Below are positions 37,299 through 45,854 of a stretch of DNA of 64,000 bases, in pieces. The position numbers were made by a program, and so were the translations under genes. Positions within the stretch are counted from its first letter, which is position 1. Every line of letters begins with the position of its first letter. Location of the stretch: positions 6,795 to 70,794 of the forward strand of contig DGPZ01000019.1 in the NCBI GenBank assembly GCA_002390675.1, read 5' to 3'. This DNA comes from Deltaproteobacteria bacterium UBA4427. GTDB taxonomy: Bacteria > Myxococcota_A > UBA9160 > UBA4427. The notes under the pieces are model-generated. The model searched no databases. It was not told where the DNA came from and saw nothing but the letters and a program-made list of their open reading frames with translations.

Positions 37299-38092
37299 GC
37301 GCCGCCACGCGAATATCACCTCCAGCGCCAATCCCGCTCATCTGCGCGAACTGGAAGATGAATCTCTCGGCCAGCGAAGCAGAACCTTATGCCGCAGCGC
37401 TTCGCGCCCGCCTAGGGGACCGTTCCGCCGACTTGAACAAGGCCTTCGAGGTAGCAATCGCTCCGGCCCATCCCGTCCTAGACCGCCTCGGTCGGGCGCT
37501 GGAGGGCTCCGGGATTGCCTTGGCCGCCCAAAATCTCCATGCGGAGGAATCCGGCGCGTTTACAGGTGAGGTCTCACTTAGGATGCTCGAAGATTTGGGA
37601 TGCCACTTTGCGCTGATCGGGCACAGCGAGCGGCGCCAGATCTTCGGCGAAACCGATGCGCAGATCGCCGAGAAGGCAGCCAGACTGGCTGGCTCGGCGG
37701 TGAAGCCGATCCTTTGTGTGGGAGAAACCCTTGAGGAACGCGAGCAGAAACGGACCCTCGAAGTGGTCGAACGGCAACTTGGGAGCGTTCTCGACCAGGT
37801 GGATGGGCTCGAGGGCGCGATGGTGGTAGCCTACGAGCCCGTCTGGGCCATCGGTACCGGTCGCACTGCGACGCCCGAGCTCGCCCAGGAAGTTCATGCT
37901 GCCCTCAGAGCAATGCTGGAAACGCGCTGGGGAACGGTCGGGACGCAGACAAGAATTTTATACGGCGGTTCCGTGAAGCCGTCGAATGCGAGAGAATTGC
38001 TCTCGCAGCCCGATATCAACGGTGCCCTCGTAGGAGGGGCTAGCCTCGATCCCGAGGCCTTTGCCGAAACCGCCCTCGCCTGCCTTAACTGA
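37295..38092 (+). CDS. tpiA: Triosephosphate isomerase
   Basis: CANWKMN, IGHSERR, AYEPVWAIGTG, YGGSVKP. ATGA overlap with pgk. Confidence 0.95.
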   Translation: MSAATRISPPAPIPLICANWKMNLSASEAEPYAAALRARLGDRSADLNKAFEVAIAPAHPVLDRLGRALEGSGIALAAQNLHAEESGAFTGEVSLRMLEDLGCHFALIGHSERRQIFGETDAQIAEKAARLAGSAVKPILCVGETLEEREQKRTLEVVERQLGSVLDQVDGLEGAMVVAYEPVWAIGTGRTATPELAQEVHAALRAMLETRWGTVGTQTRILYGGSVKPSNARELLSQPDINGALVGGASLDPEAFAETALACLN

Positions 38093-38128
38093 GCCAGACC
38101 GGGTTCGTTTAAACTGGAGAAAAGCTTC

Positions 38129-38554
38129 GTGGAGACTTTCGTCTACACCCTTCATTTTGTGGTCTGCCTGATTCTGATTGGCGTTGTCCTACTTCAGCGC
38201 GGCAAGGGCGCCGACCTGGGGGCCAGCCTCGGTGGAGGTGGGGGCAACACTATCTTCGGCAGCCGCGGGGCAGGTAACTTCCTCACCCGAATCACTACGG
38301 CCGCCGCGGCCATTTTCATGGGCACGTCCCTAACCCTCGCGTATATCGGGTACCAGAATTCTGATATACAGCTCTTCGATTCAAGCGAACCTTTCGAGAT
38401 TCCAGTCGAAGGCGCGCCCTCCGACAGCGATTCGGCAGGTGGCCTGCAAGAAATCTCGCAAGAGGCAGACGGCCTGGTCGAAATCGCTCCTGCGGATGAC
38501 GGCGCGTTGACGGATGACGGATCAGCCGGGGATTCAGCAGAAGAATCTCAATAA
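38129..38554 (+). CDS. secG: Preprotein translocase subunit SecG with an acidic C-terminal extension
   Basis: LLQRGKGADLGASLGGGGGNTIFGSRGAGNFLTRIT, two TM segments, and the conserved pgk-tpiA-secG-tRNA-Leu context. Confidence 0.9.
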   Translation: METFVYTLHFVVCLILIGVVLLQRGKGADLGASLGGGGGNTIFGSRGAGNFLTRITTAAAAIFMGTSLTLAYIGYQNSDIQLFDSSEPFEIPVEGAPSDSDSAGGLQEISQEADGLVEIAPADDGALTDDGSAGDSAEESQ

Positions 38555-38633
38555 TAATCAGCGCATTCGGACGCATTCCCGCTCACAAAACCTGTGCGGG
38601 CCCTCACGCGTTCGTTATGATGCGCGGCCCGGT

Positions 38634-38720
38634 GCGGCGGTGGCGGAATTGGTAGACGCGCCAGCTTGAGGGGCTGGTGGGGGCAACCCCGTGGAAGTTC
38701 GAGTCTTCTTCGCCGCACCA
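38634..38720 (+). tRNA. tRNA-Leu (anticodon GAG), long variable arm, encoded CCA
   Basis: Hand fold: acceptor GCGGCGG/TCGCCGC, same D-arm as the other tRNA-Leu, anticodon stem CCAGC/GCTGG with loop UUGAGGG, T-arm GGAAG TTCGAGT CTTCT, then ACCA. Confidence 0.85.
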
Positions 38721-38978
38721 CTTGTAGATCCTTGGCTTGACGCGTCTGATCCTCACAGGCGTCTTGATGCGACTCGGCTGCCGCAATTGTTGCAGCGATG
38801 TCGCATCGCCTACTCAGTCAAAGTTGTTCGGAGCGCTGTGTAGTCGCGCTCAATCGGTGGGAGCACCGACGGGGCTCCGCACGCAAGTGCCGATGCCGCC
38901 GACATCCAGCCAACTCTTTCGGCACTCCATCAGCTCAGGCCATCTCAATAGGGCCGGGTCTGCCTGCCGCCCGCCTAA

Positions 38979-39206
38979 CTAAAGATCCGGCCCCAGTCCC
39001 CAGGACGGTACCAGCGCGGCTCTTGAAAGCAGGCCCGAGTGTTGCCGTCGATCAGGCCCTGCTGCCTTTATCGACTCGACGCGCGAATCGATTTCAACTC
39101 TCTCGAATGCGGGTGGCATCGGCGCGAAAAAGACAGCACACGCGACTTGGTTCAAGAGGGTCGTACTTATCAAAAGTACGAGTCCTATGCGGCGGAAGCT
39201 GTACAT
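38979..39206 (-). CDS. Possible small lipoprotein (hypothetical)
   Basis: N-terminus MYSFRRIGLVLLISTTLLNQVAC looks like a signal peptide with a lipobox-like Cys. No other support. Confidence 0.3.
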   Translation of the reverse strand: MYSFRRIGLVLLISTTLLNQVACAVFFAPMPPAFERVEIDSRVESIKAAGPDRRQHSGLLSRAALVPSWGLGPDL

Positions 39207-39395
39207 TCTTAGGTCCGCCCTTCTGTGGATCAGCTGTCAGGAAAATGACGCGCGTCTACCAGAGCGGATCGGTCTGCGCTGAATAGCCAGACGGTCAACG
39301 TCCGAGACGGACTGCAACGTTACCAGACGTGCGTGCCCTGCGGTCGCTAGCCGTCAACCTCGGATCTCGTGCGGAGCAGCGCTTGCGCCTGCCCG

Positions 39396-40817
39396 CTATC
39401 CCTGCACGCCCACCGCACGAAGCGCTGGCCCGCGCGATTCCGTGCTGATTAACAAGGATGCTACTTCGGCCTCTACGCCGTCGCGTAGCAACCCAACGTC
39501 GGGAACGATGTCCGGATCGCAATTAAATGAGAAGAAGAGCGAGCCCGCATAACTCATTACGGTGATCCCTAGGCCTGAGGTGTCTTGAAGCGGCAGGATG
39601 CCATAACACTCTTCGAGCTTCGCGCCGTTCAGGTAAAGCGGTTGTTGCGGGCCCGGGCTTTGCAAAACGGCAAGCTGTCCGTTTTCGATTCGCTTGAGTG
39701 CACGGGCGCCAATCGCGAAGAGGCGCGCGGCAGTCCAAATGTCGCCACTCGCTAGACTCTCCGCGGAGGCGAGATTTTGCTCGCTTCGAATGCGTCGCGT
39801 CTGCTCGCCCAGAAGATCCTGCCGTGCTTCCCCGGACGCTTCCCAAACCGGAAGCTCTATGACCCACGCCTCCGCCGTTTCGCCTGTAGCATCGAGAATC
39901 GGAGTCACTGCGCGAAGGTCAACAGTCGTCGGGCTGATCTTAAGACCCTGCACGAAGCGGCGAAGCGCACCTGTTAGAATCGTAAGGACGGCGTCGTGCA
40001 CCGTTCCGCCAATAGTTTGACGAATCGCCTGCACTTGATCGAGATCGACCTCCTGAACCGCATAGGAACGATGCGGACTCAGGTTGCCATCGAAGGGCGA
40101 CTCGCCCGCTGGACGAATCTGATACCCCAGAGCACGAAGAACGTTCTGCGCGCGCTTTTGCACGAGACTAGACGCGCGAGCAGGACTTTCCCAGAATCGC
40201 ATAGCGCGACTCACAGCGCGACGAGAAGGGCTCCAGCGCCTGATCACTTCCTCGCCAAACAACTCTACCGGAGAAGGCGCTGGCCTAACGAGCGCCCGCG
40301 TCGCTTTCGGCAGCGGAGCATCCTCGTCGGCAGAAAGTAAAGCCTGCAAAAGGTCTGCCCCTTCAAGATGCGCGAGCGCCTTGTGCATCTTAAGGATCAT
40401 CGCGAAGCGTCCACCTTCAAGACCTTCAAGCACCCAACAATCCCATAGCGGGCGCGATCGATCGAGCCGAGTTGCAGCGATTCGAGACGCCGTGCGACAA
40501 AGCTGCTTGTGGCTTCCGGGGCGCGGAAGGCTGGATTGCCGGAGATGGAAGTCGAGGTTGAATTCCTGGTCATCCACCCAAACAGGATGGCCGTCTAGCG
40601 GCACCCGGCGAAGCTTCGCGCGCAGGCGCGGGAGCTCCGGGAGTCGCGCGTTCACGATCCCGCGAATCTTCTCAAAATCGACGCCTCCTTCCTTCGTAGC
40701 GAAGGGCCCCGAATCAAAAATAAGGATCATCGCCGTGTGCTCGCGTCGTCGCGAAGACTCGTTCTCTAGATAGTCCGCGCATTCATCAGAAAGGCGCTCG
40801 TAGTAGATTCTGGCCAA
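39396..40817 (-). CDS. WS/DGAT-family acyltransferase paralog with a degenerate active-site motif
   Basis: Family-wide collinearity (LDRSRPLWDCWVLEGLEGGRFAMILKMH; GLGITVMSYAGSLFFSFNCDPDIVPD), but HKALAHLEG occupies the position of HHxxxDG. Confidence 0.8.
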   Translation of the reverse strand: MARIYYERLSDECADYLENESSRRREHTAMILIFDSGPFATKEGGVDFEKIRGIVNARLPELPRLRAKLRRVPLDGHPVWVDDQEFNLDFHLRQSSLPRPGSHKQLCRTASRIAATRLDRSRPLWDCWVLEGLEGGRFAMILKMHKALAHLEGADLLQALLSADEDAPLPKATRALVRPAPSPVELFGEEVIRRWSPSRRAVSRAMRFWESPARASSLVQKRAQNVLRALGYQIRPAGESPFDGNLSPHRSYAVQEVDLDQVQAIRQTIGGTVHDAVLTILTGALRRFVQGLKISPTTVDLRAVTPILDATGETAEAWVIELPVWEASGEARQDLLGEQTRRIRSEQNLASAESLASGDIWTAARLFAIGARALKRIENGQLAVLQSPGPQQPLYLNGAKLEECYGILPLQDTSGLGITVMSYAGSLFFSFNCDPDIVPDVGLLRDGVEAEVASLLISTESRGPALRAVGVQG

Positions 40818-40926
40818 GGTTCGATTCCTCGGGTGATCGACCGCGTGAGGCGGACGAAATCATGTATTGCCTGAATCGTCGCCAGGCATGTGGCGGCCGA
40901 TCGATTGGACGAGAGCTAAGCGCGAC

Positions 40927-42156
40927 CTAACTCGCCGCCCTCGTCTTTTCCGTGGCAGTCGCGAATGGCGCAGCGCCCGTCTCGAAGAGCGTTTCCGCAA
41001 TAATCGAACGCAGGATCGGCTTAATATCAGACTTCATGGTCGCCATAACATGCCCCGAGGACATCCAATCGATCCGCGGCTTTCCCCAGTGTCTCCACAG
41101 CGCACGCGACTGATCTGGACGCGTCACGCGATCCGCAACGCCTGCGTAGATAAAGCGACGATCGACAGGAAGCTTCGGTTCGAAAGTGAGAGGCGAAACC
41201 GGATGCATGACTTCGGTCACCAAGCCCCAATCGGTCTGCAAGTCACCACCGTAAGCTAGGTAGGCCCACGGCTCGTTGTCTCGAGCAAGTGCTGCGAATT
41301 CGACTGCCGGGATCCCGGCTATCACACAGGAAAGATCCTCTATGAATGCCGAGGCAAGCGAGACCGTGTAGCCACCGAGGGAGATGCCGTGGAGGCCGAT
41401 CGGAGCGTCACTTCGCTCACGAATCCACCCAACCGTGCGGCGAATATCCCAGACCGCTTGGCTGAACAGATGCAGCATGTTCGCGTATTCGGGCTGCAAC
41501 AGACCGCCGCCACTGAATACTGTCGAAGACCGCGGGCCATGCAAAGGAAGCACCGGCATCAGCACGTTCATGCCAAGTTCTTCATGCATCCAATCCGCCG
41601 CGAGGCCGCGGATATTCGCGGTTGGACTTCCCATGCCGAAACCATGGGTCGAAATCATCCAAGGGCGATCGCCGCCCTCGTGCTCGAGGATGTACGCCGT
41701 CGCAGTGCCGTTATCGTCGTGGGATAGCCAACGCTCGCGCCCCGGTTCGCCGGGATGCGGCTCATATTCACTTTCGAAGACCAGCTCTTTATAGGCGGTC
41801 CTGCCACCGAACCTAGACGTCTCGCGGTCAGTCAGGGTGAACGCTCGCAGTTCCGGCGGCGTCTGGTGATAAGCCATCGGATCATCGAACCAGCCGTTGC
41901 CCTCGATGAACTCGCGCATGGCCAGCAGCTCTCTATGCCCATGTCGCACGTGCTGCGCATCGGGAACGCCGACCATTAAGCCCACAAGAAGCGTAAAGCT
42001 CCCATCTATCAAGGCCTCCGCGATCAGTCCCGCGTTAGGCTCAACCGCCGGTACATCCCGGTAGCGCTCTTCCTTGCGAAGAACGGCCAGGGTCTCATTC
42101 ATCATCGCCGCAACTTCAATCGCCGGGGCGGTCATCCACTTCATGAAACTGCTCAT
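40927..42156 (-). CDS. Alpha/beta-fold hydrolase (putative lipase/esterase)
   Basis: Nucleophile elbow GLHGISLGGYT (GxSxG). The ATG at 42156 forms an ATGA overlap with the tetR stop; the longest ORF starts at 42189. Confidence 0.7.
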   Translation of the reverse strand: MSSFMKWMTAPAIEVAAMMNETLAVLRKEERYRDVPAVEPNAGLIAEALIDGSFTLLVGLMVGVPDAQHVRHGHRELLAMREFIEGNGWFDDPMAYHQTPPELRAFTLTDRETSRFGGRTAYKELVFESEYEPHPGEPGRERWLSHDDNGTATAYILEHEGGDRPWMISTHGFGMGSPTANIRGLAADWMHEELGMNVLMPVLPLHGPRSSTVFSGGGLLQPEYANMLHLFSQAVWDIRRTVGWIRERSDAPIGLHGISLGGYTVSLASAFIEDLSCVIAGIPAVEFAALARDNEPWAYLAYGGDLQTDWGLVTEVMHPVSPLTFEPKLPVDRRFIYAGVADRVTRPDQSRALWRHWGKPRIDWMSSGHVMATMKSDIKPILRSIIAETLFETGAAPFATATEKTRAAS

Positions 42157-42794
42157 CCGGCCTCCTGAATGAGCACGGTGTTTTTGCACACCATGCGAAG
42201 CAAACGTTCAATTAGGCGGTCGGCAATCGCTTCGCAGTCGGTTTCGCCCTGTTCGATGGCATTCGCGACCTGCACACGCGTCATCGCCCGAATCATCAGC
42301 GCCATCTCAGCTGGATCGTCATCATGAAACACGCCCGAAGCGGCACCGGCTGACAACATCTCGGCATGCGCGTTCTGGCCCGCATCCCAAAGCTCGCCAA
42401 CGACCTTGCCCTGGGGCCGCATCGCCCACGAGATCTGGCTGCGCACGTGAATACGTGACCAAGCTTTGTGCTCAAACAGGTAGGAGACAAAGGCGCGGGT
42501 CCCGTCTACAAGCTTGGTCAGTGGATCATTGGCCGCATCATGGGCCCTTTGCACGGACTCAAACATCTCTCGCCCGCGCAAGATCATGATCGCTTCGTAG
42601 AGGTCCTGCTTCCCAGGAAAGCTCCCATAGACCGTCTTCAGCGAGACCCCAGCCTCACTGGCGATCTGCTGCATGGTCGCGTTCTCGAAGCCGTGTTCGC
42701 CGAAAACAGTCTCGGCGGACTCGAATATCAGGTCCTGATACATCCGCGCCCGGGCGTCCTCTAAACGAGACGCAGCAGCGGTTTTCTTAGGCAT
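42153..42794 (-). CDS. TetR/AcrR-family transcriptional regulator
   Basis: HTH region FGEHGFENATMQQIASEAGVSLKTVYGSFPGKQDLY. Confidence 0.9.
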   Translation of the reverse strand: MPKKTAAASRLEDARARMYQDLIFESAETVFGEHGFENATMQQIASEAGVSLKTVYGSFPGKQDLYEAIMILRGREMFESVQRAHDAANDPLTKLVDGTRAFVSYLFEHKAWSRIHVRSQISWAMRPQGKVVGELWDAGQNAHAEMLSAGAASGVFHDDDPAEMALMIRAMTRVQVANAIEQGETDCEAIADRLIERLLRMVCKNTVLIQEAG

Positions 42795-42912
42795 TGATCA
42801 ATCCCCCAATTCGCAAACACGGTGTCGACAACTTCTGAATCGGTCGATTACTCGAAAAACAGTCTAAAACTTCAGAAACCGTCCACAGCTGTCTGCGCCC
42901 TCTCACATGCGC

Positions 42913-42938
42913 CGTAGAAGCGTAGCGCGCTTCCTACG
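42913..42938. promoter_or_regulatory. Imperfect inverted repeat CGTAGAAGCG-N5-CGCTTCcTACG in the tetR / WS-DGAT divergent region (candidate operator)
   Basis: Read directly. It lies in the 306-bp AT-enriched intergenic region between the divergent tetR (42794) and WS/DGAT (43101) genes. Confidence 0.3.
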
Positions 42939-43100
42939 CGTCTAGACCGCTCAAGACCAGCAACATTGAAATAGTCACTAACCCATGGAGAACTTCACAT
43001 TATTTATGAAAAATTCTTGAATTGCTTAAGGAAATCTATATTTTCCGACTTATCTGACCGATACCCTTGATCAAAGATCCGCAGGCACCAGGAAACCAAA

Positions 43101-44534
43101 ATGCAACAGCTCACCCCCCAGGACACCGCCTTTCTTTCCATCGAGACCCCCGAACTCCCCACTCATATTGGCGGCCTCGTCTTTCTCCGTCCGGAGGCAG
43201 GAAGTGGATTCGGCTTCGCCGCCTTCGCGGAGTTCGTCCGTGAGCGACTCGGAGCCGTCGACCGTTTCTCCTGGCAATTGCAGGAAGTCCCGTTCGGACT
43301 CGATCGCCCCTATTGGGTAACGCGCGAGAATTTTGATCCGGCAGACCACATTCATGAAATTCGACTGCCGGCGCCCTACTCCCACGAGTCGCTGAGCAAA
43401 TTAGTGGGTCGGATCTTTGAACGCCCGATGGACCGCAGTCGACCGCTCTGGGATATGACCTTGATCGGAGGTCTCCCCGGCGGACGATACGCGGTTCTCT
43501 GGCGCACCCATCACTGCATGATGGATGGCGCTTCCGGTGCGAGCCTGACTGAGCAGCTCTTCGATATCACGCCCGATGCGAAGCGCGAGATCGCGCCGAA
43601 GCTGTCCGAGGATGCAACCGCCGGCGAACGACTGTCGACCTCCAAGATCTACGGTCGCGCCATGATGAACGCGAGTGTTCTGCCACAGAAGCAGTCAAAG
43701 TATTTGGGACAGATCGCCAATAGCCTACTCACAAAGGATAAAAAGGAGACGAAAGACAAGGCGGGGTCCTCGACATCGGAATCGGACAGCAATGTTCTGG
43801 CTCCCAAGTCTCGCCTAAACGGCGTCGTTGGCCCCCACCGCGGGTTCGCTTGGTCCTCTGTTTCCCTCGACGACGTAAAGCGCATTAAAAATACGCTCGG
43901 TGTCACCATCAACGATGTCGTTCTTGCGATCACCGGCGGCGCTGTTCGCGACTACCTCGAAGCCCGCGGAGGACTCCCTTCAAAGTCCTTAATCGCCTCG
44001 GTTCCTGTTTCGATGCGCGCCAAGGGCGACACCGCGATCGGCAACCAAATACGTGAGCTCCCGATCTATTGGGGAACGGATTGCGAGGATCCGATTGAAC
44101 GCCTCACCGCAATCCACAATCACGCCTCGGAAGCGAAGCGAAAAGCGCACGAAGGCGACGCCTTCGACTTGATCGGCATGGTGAGCGAAGCGCTCCTTCC
44201 TGGTGCGCTGAATCTCCTCATGCGCGGTGCGGCCAAAGCAGGCGATCACATGCCTCTACCGGCGAATGCCGTTGTCTCGAACGTGCCGATGGCACCTATG
44301 CCGCTCTACTGCGCCGGCGCGCTCATCGAGCAGGTGATACCGCTCTCTCTTCTCGCGCCGACTCAAGGCCTCAATATCACGGTTCTAAGCTACTGCGGCG
44401 AGCTGCATTTCGGCCTCGTCCATGATCCCGCACTCGTGCCGGAGGCTTGGGACCTTGCCGGGTTGATCGGAAAGAACCTGCAGAAATTGCAGGGCGCCCT
44501 CGATCGCGAATTCGAAGACTCGATCAGCGCGTAA
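43101..44534 (+). CDS. Wax ester synthase/diacylglycerol O-acyltransferase (WS/DGAT), canonical active site
   Basis: MQQLTPQDTAFLSIETP, RPLWDMTLIGGLPGGRYAVLWRTHHCMMDGASG (HHxxxDG), NVPMAPMPLYCAGA, GLNITVLSYCGELHFGLV. Confidence 0.9.
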   Translation: MQQLTPQDTAFLSIETPELPTHIGGLVFLRPEAGSGFGFAAFAEFVRERLGAVDRFSWQLQEVPFGLDRPYWVTRENFDPADHIHEIRLPAPYSHESLSKLVGRIFERPMDRSRPLWDMTLIGGLPGGRYAVLWRTHHCMMDGASGASLTEQLFDITPDAKREIAPKLSEDATAGERLSTSKIYGRAMMNASVLPQKQSKYLGQIANSLLTKDKKETKDKAGSSTSESDSNVLAPKSRLNGVVGPHRGFAWSSVSLDDVKRIKNTLGVTINDVVLAITGGAVRDYLEARGGLPSKSLIASVPVSMRAKGDTAIGNQIRELPIYWGTDCEDPIERLTAIHNHASEAKRKAHEGDAFDLIGMVSEALLPGALNLLMRGAAKAGDHMPLPANAVVSNVPMAPMPLYCAGALIEQVIPLSLLAPTQGLNITVLSYCGELHFGLVHDPALVPEAWDLAGLIGKNLQKLQGALDREFEDSISA

Positions 44535-44592
44535 GCCGCATAGCCGCCAGCGTAATTTTACAATCGCCGCTCCGGCCCCATGGCCTAACGCA

Positions 44593-45228
44593 CTAGATAG
44601 TGACCAGACCTTCACCGCGTTCAAGGCTGCGATCGATCCAACGTCGATAAAGTTCTTCGGGATGCGCGCCCACGATCACCGCGTCGTTGTCCGCACGTCG
44701 AATTGCGGGCACGCCGGACGCTCCGAATTCGCGGGCCTCTTCGTGATCCCGCAATACCGAAGCTTCGATTGAGGGATCCTCGGCCACTCCAAACGCCTCG
44801 CTCGGCAGGCCCTGCCCGTCCCATATCTCGCGCAAAACATTCAGGGATGAGATGTCGCGGTTTTCCGTAAAATAGGCACCCATTAGGCGATCGTGCATTC
44901 CACGAAATGCCTCGGGGCTTACGCGCGCCGCAGCCTTGGCCACAAGGTGAGCCGGAATGCTATGCGAGGGCGGCGATTCGCCGGAAGACCAAGCATTGAA
45001 CTCGCCCGCATCCGGATCCGCTCCGGGCCCACTCCAGCCTTCGGTGTACCGCCGGAATTTCTCCACATCTCGGCCGCGCCTTTCGACTGGACGCAGCAAA
45101 TACGCCTTCCATACAATCTCGATCTGGCCTTCATACTCGTCCGCGAGACGTTCGAGGCGACGTGACGCGTTCCAGCACCACGGACAGAGATAGTCAGACC
45201 ATGCATAAAAGCGGACAAGCTCCGGCAT
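44593..45228 (-). CDS. DsbA-family (FrnE-like) thiol:disulfide oxidoreductase
   Basis: FYAWSDYLCPWCW (CxxC) and a thioredoxin-fold C-terminus (ASGVPA). The probable start is MPELVRF at 45228; the longest ORF reaches 45300. Confidence 0.8.
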   Translation of the reverse strand: MPELVRFYAWSDYLCPWCWNASRRLERLADEYEGQIEIVWKAYLLRPVERRGRDVEKFRRYTEGWSGPGADPDAGEFNAWSSGESPPSHSIPAHLVAKAAARVSPEAFRGMHDRLMGAYFTENRDISSLNVLREIWDGQGLPSEAFGVAEDPSIEASVLRDHEEAREFGASGVPAIRRADNDAVIVGAHPEELYRRWIDRSLERGEGLVTI

Positions 45229-45238
45229 CGGTACCCCG

Positions 45239-45724
45239 CTAGGAGGCCGGCTCGAAGCCGCCGTAGCTCCCTCGAAAGTAGACCAGTGGTTCACCGTCAC
45301 GAACGTGGGACTCTTCGATTTGTCCGACGCAGAGCACGTGATCGCCTGCCTCGTGCACGGCGGTTAGGCGGCAATCTAGATTTACGAGCGCACCCGAAAG
45401 AAGCGGGGCACCAGTCGTTCCTTCGAATGTTTCAACGCCTTCGAAGCGCTTAAACTCGTCCTTCTTGGAAGCGAACTTGTTCGACAGATCCGACTGGTCG
45501 GCGCGCAGCACATTGACTCCGAAACACTCGCCTTCCTGAATCACGCCTGTCGTCACCGACGTCTTTGAGGCGCACACGAGCGCCAATGGCGGGTCCAGCG
45601 ATGCACCACTGAAGTCGGACACGGTCATGCCGTGAATCTGATCACCGGACTTGGACGTAATGATCGTGACCCCGCTCGGCCATGACCCCATTGCTGCCCT
45701 GAACTCGTCCGCATTAATCGCCAT
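45239..45724 (-). CDS. Flavin reductase-like FMN-binding (split-barrel) protein
   Basis: FRAAMGSWPSGVTIITS..GMTVSDFSGASLDPPLALVC.. Confidence 0.85.
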   Translation of the reverse strand: MAINADEFRAAMGSWPSGVTIITSKSGDQIHGMTVSDFSGASLDPPLALVCASKTSVTTGVIQEGECFGVNVLRADQSDLSNKFASKKDEFKRFEGVETFEGTTGAPLLSGALVNLDCRLTAVHEAGDHVLCVGQIEESHVRDGEPLVYFRGSYGGFEPAS

Positions 45725-45854
45725 GCTCGTCTCCGCTCCTGTCGCTCACTCGGCTATGCCGAGCGAATTCTTCATAATCCTTACCGCCTCCCGCTTAGGA
45801 GAGTTCCTAACGCTAACACGCCTCAGGCCATCGAGGCCCGGAGCTGTTGGGGCT

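Noticed and set aside
38721-39395. Region downstream of tRNA-Leu(GAG), considered as a possible integration hotspot or genomic island, including the 162-aa ORF 38798..39286(+).
   Set aside because: I could find no integrase, no direct repeat of the tRNA 3' end, and no clear compositional shift. The 162-aa ORF is Arg/Cys/Ser-rich with no motif. Only a weak small-lipoprotein candidate on the minus strand is kept.
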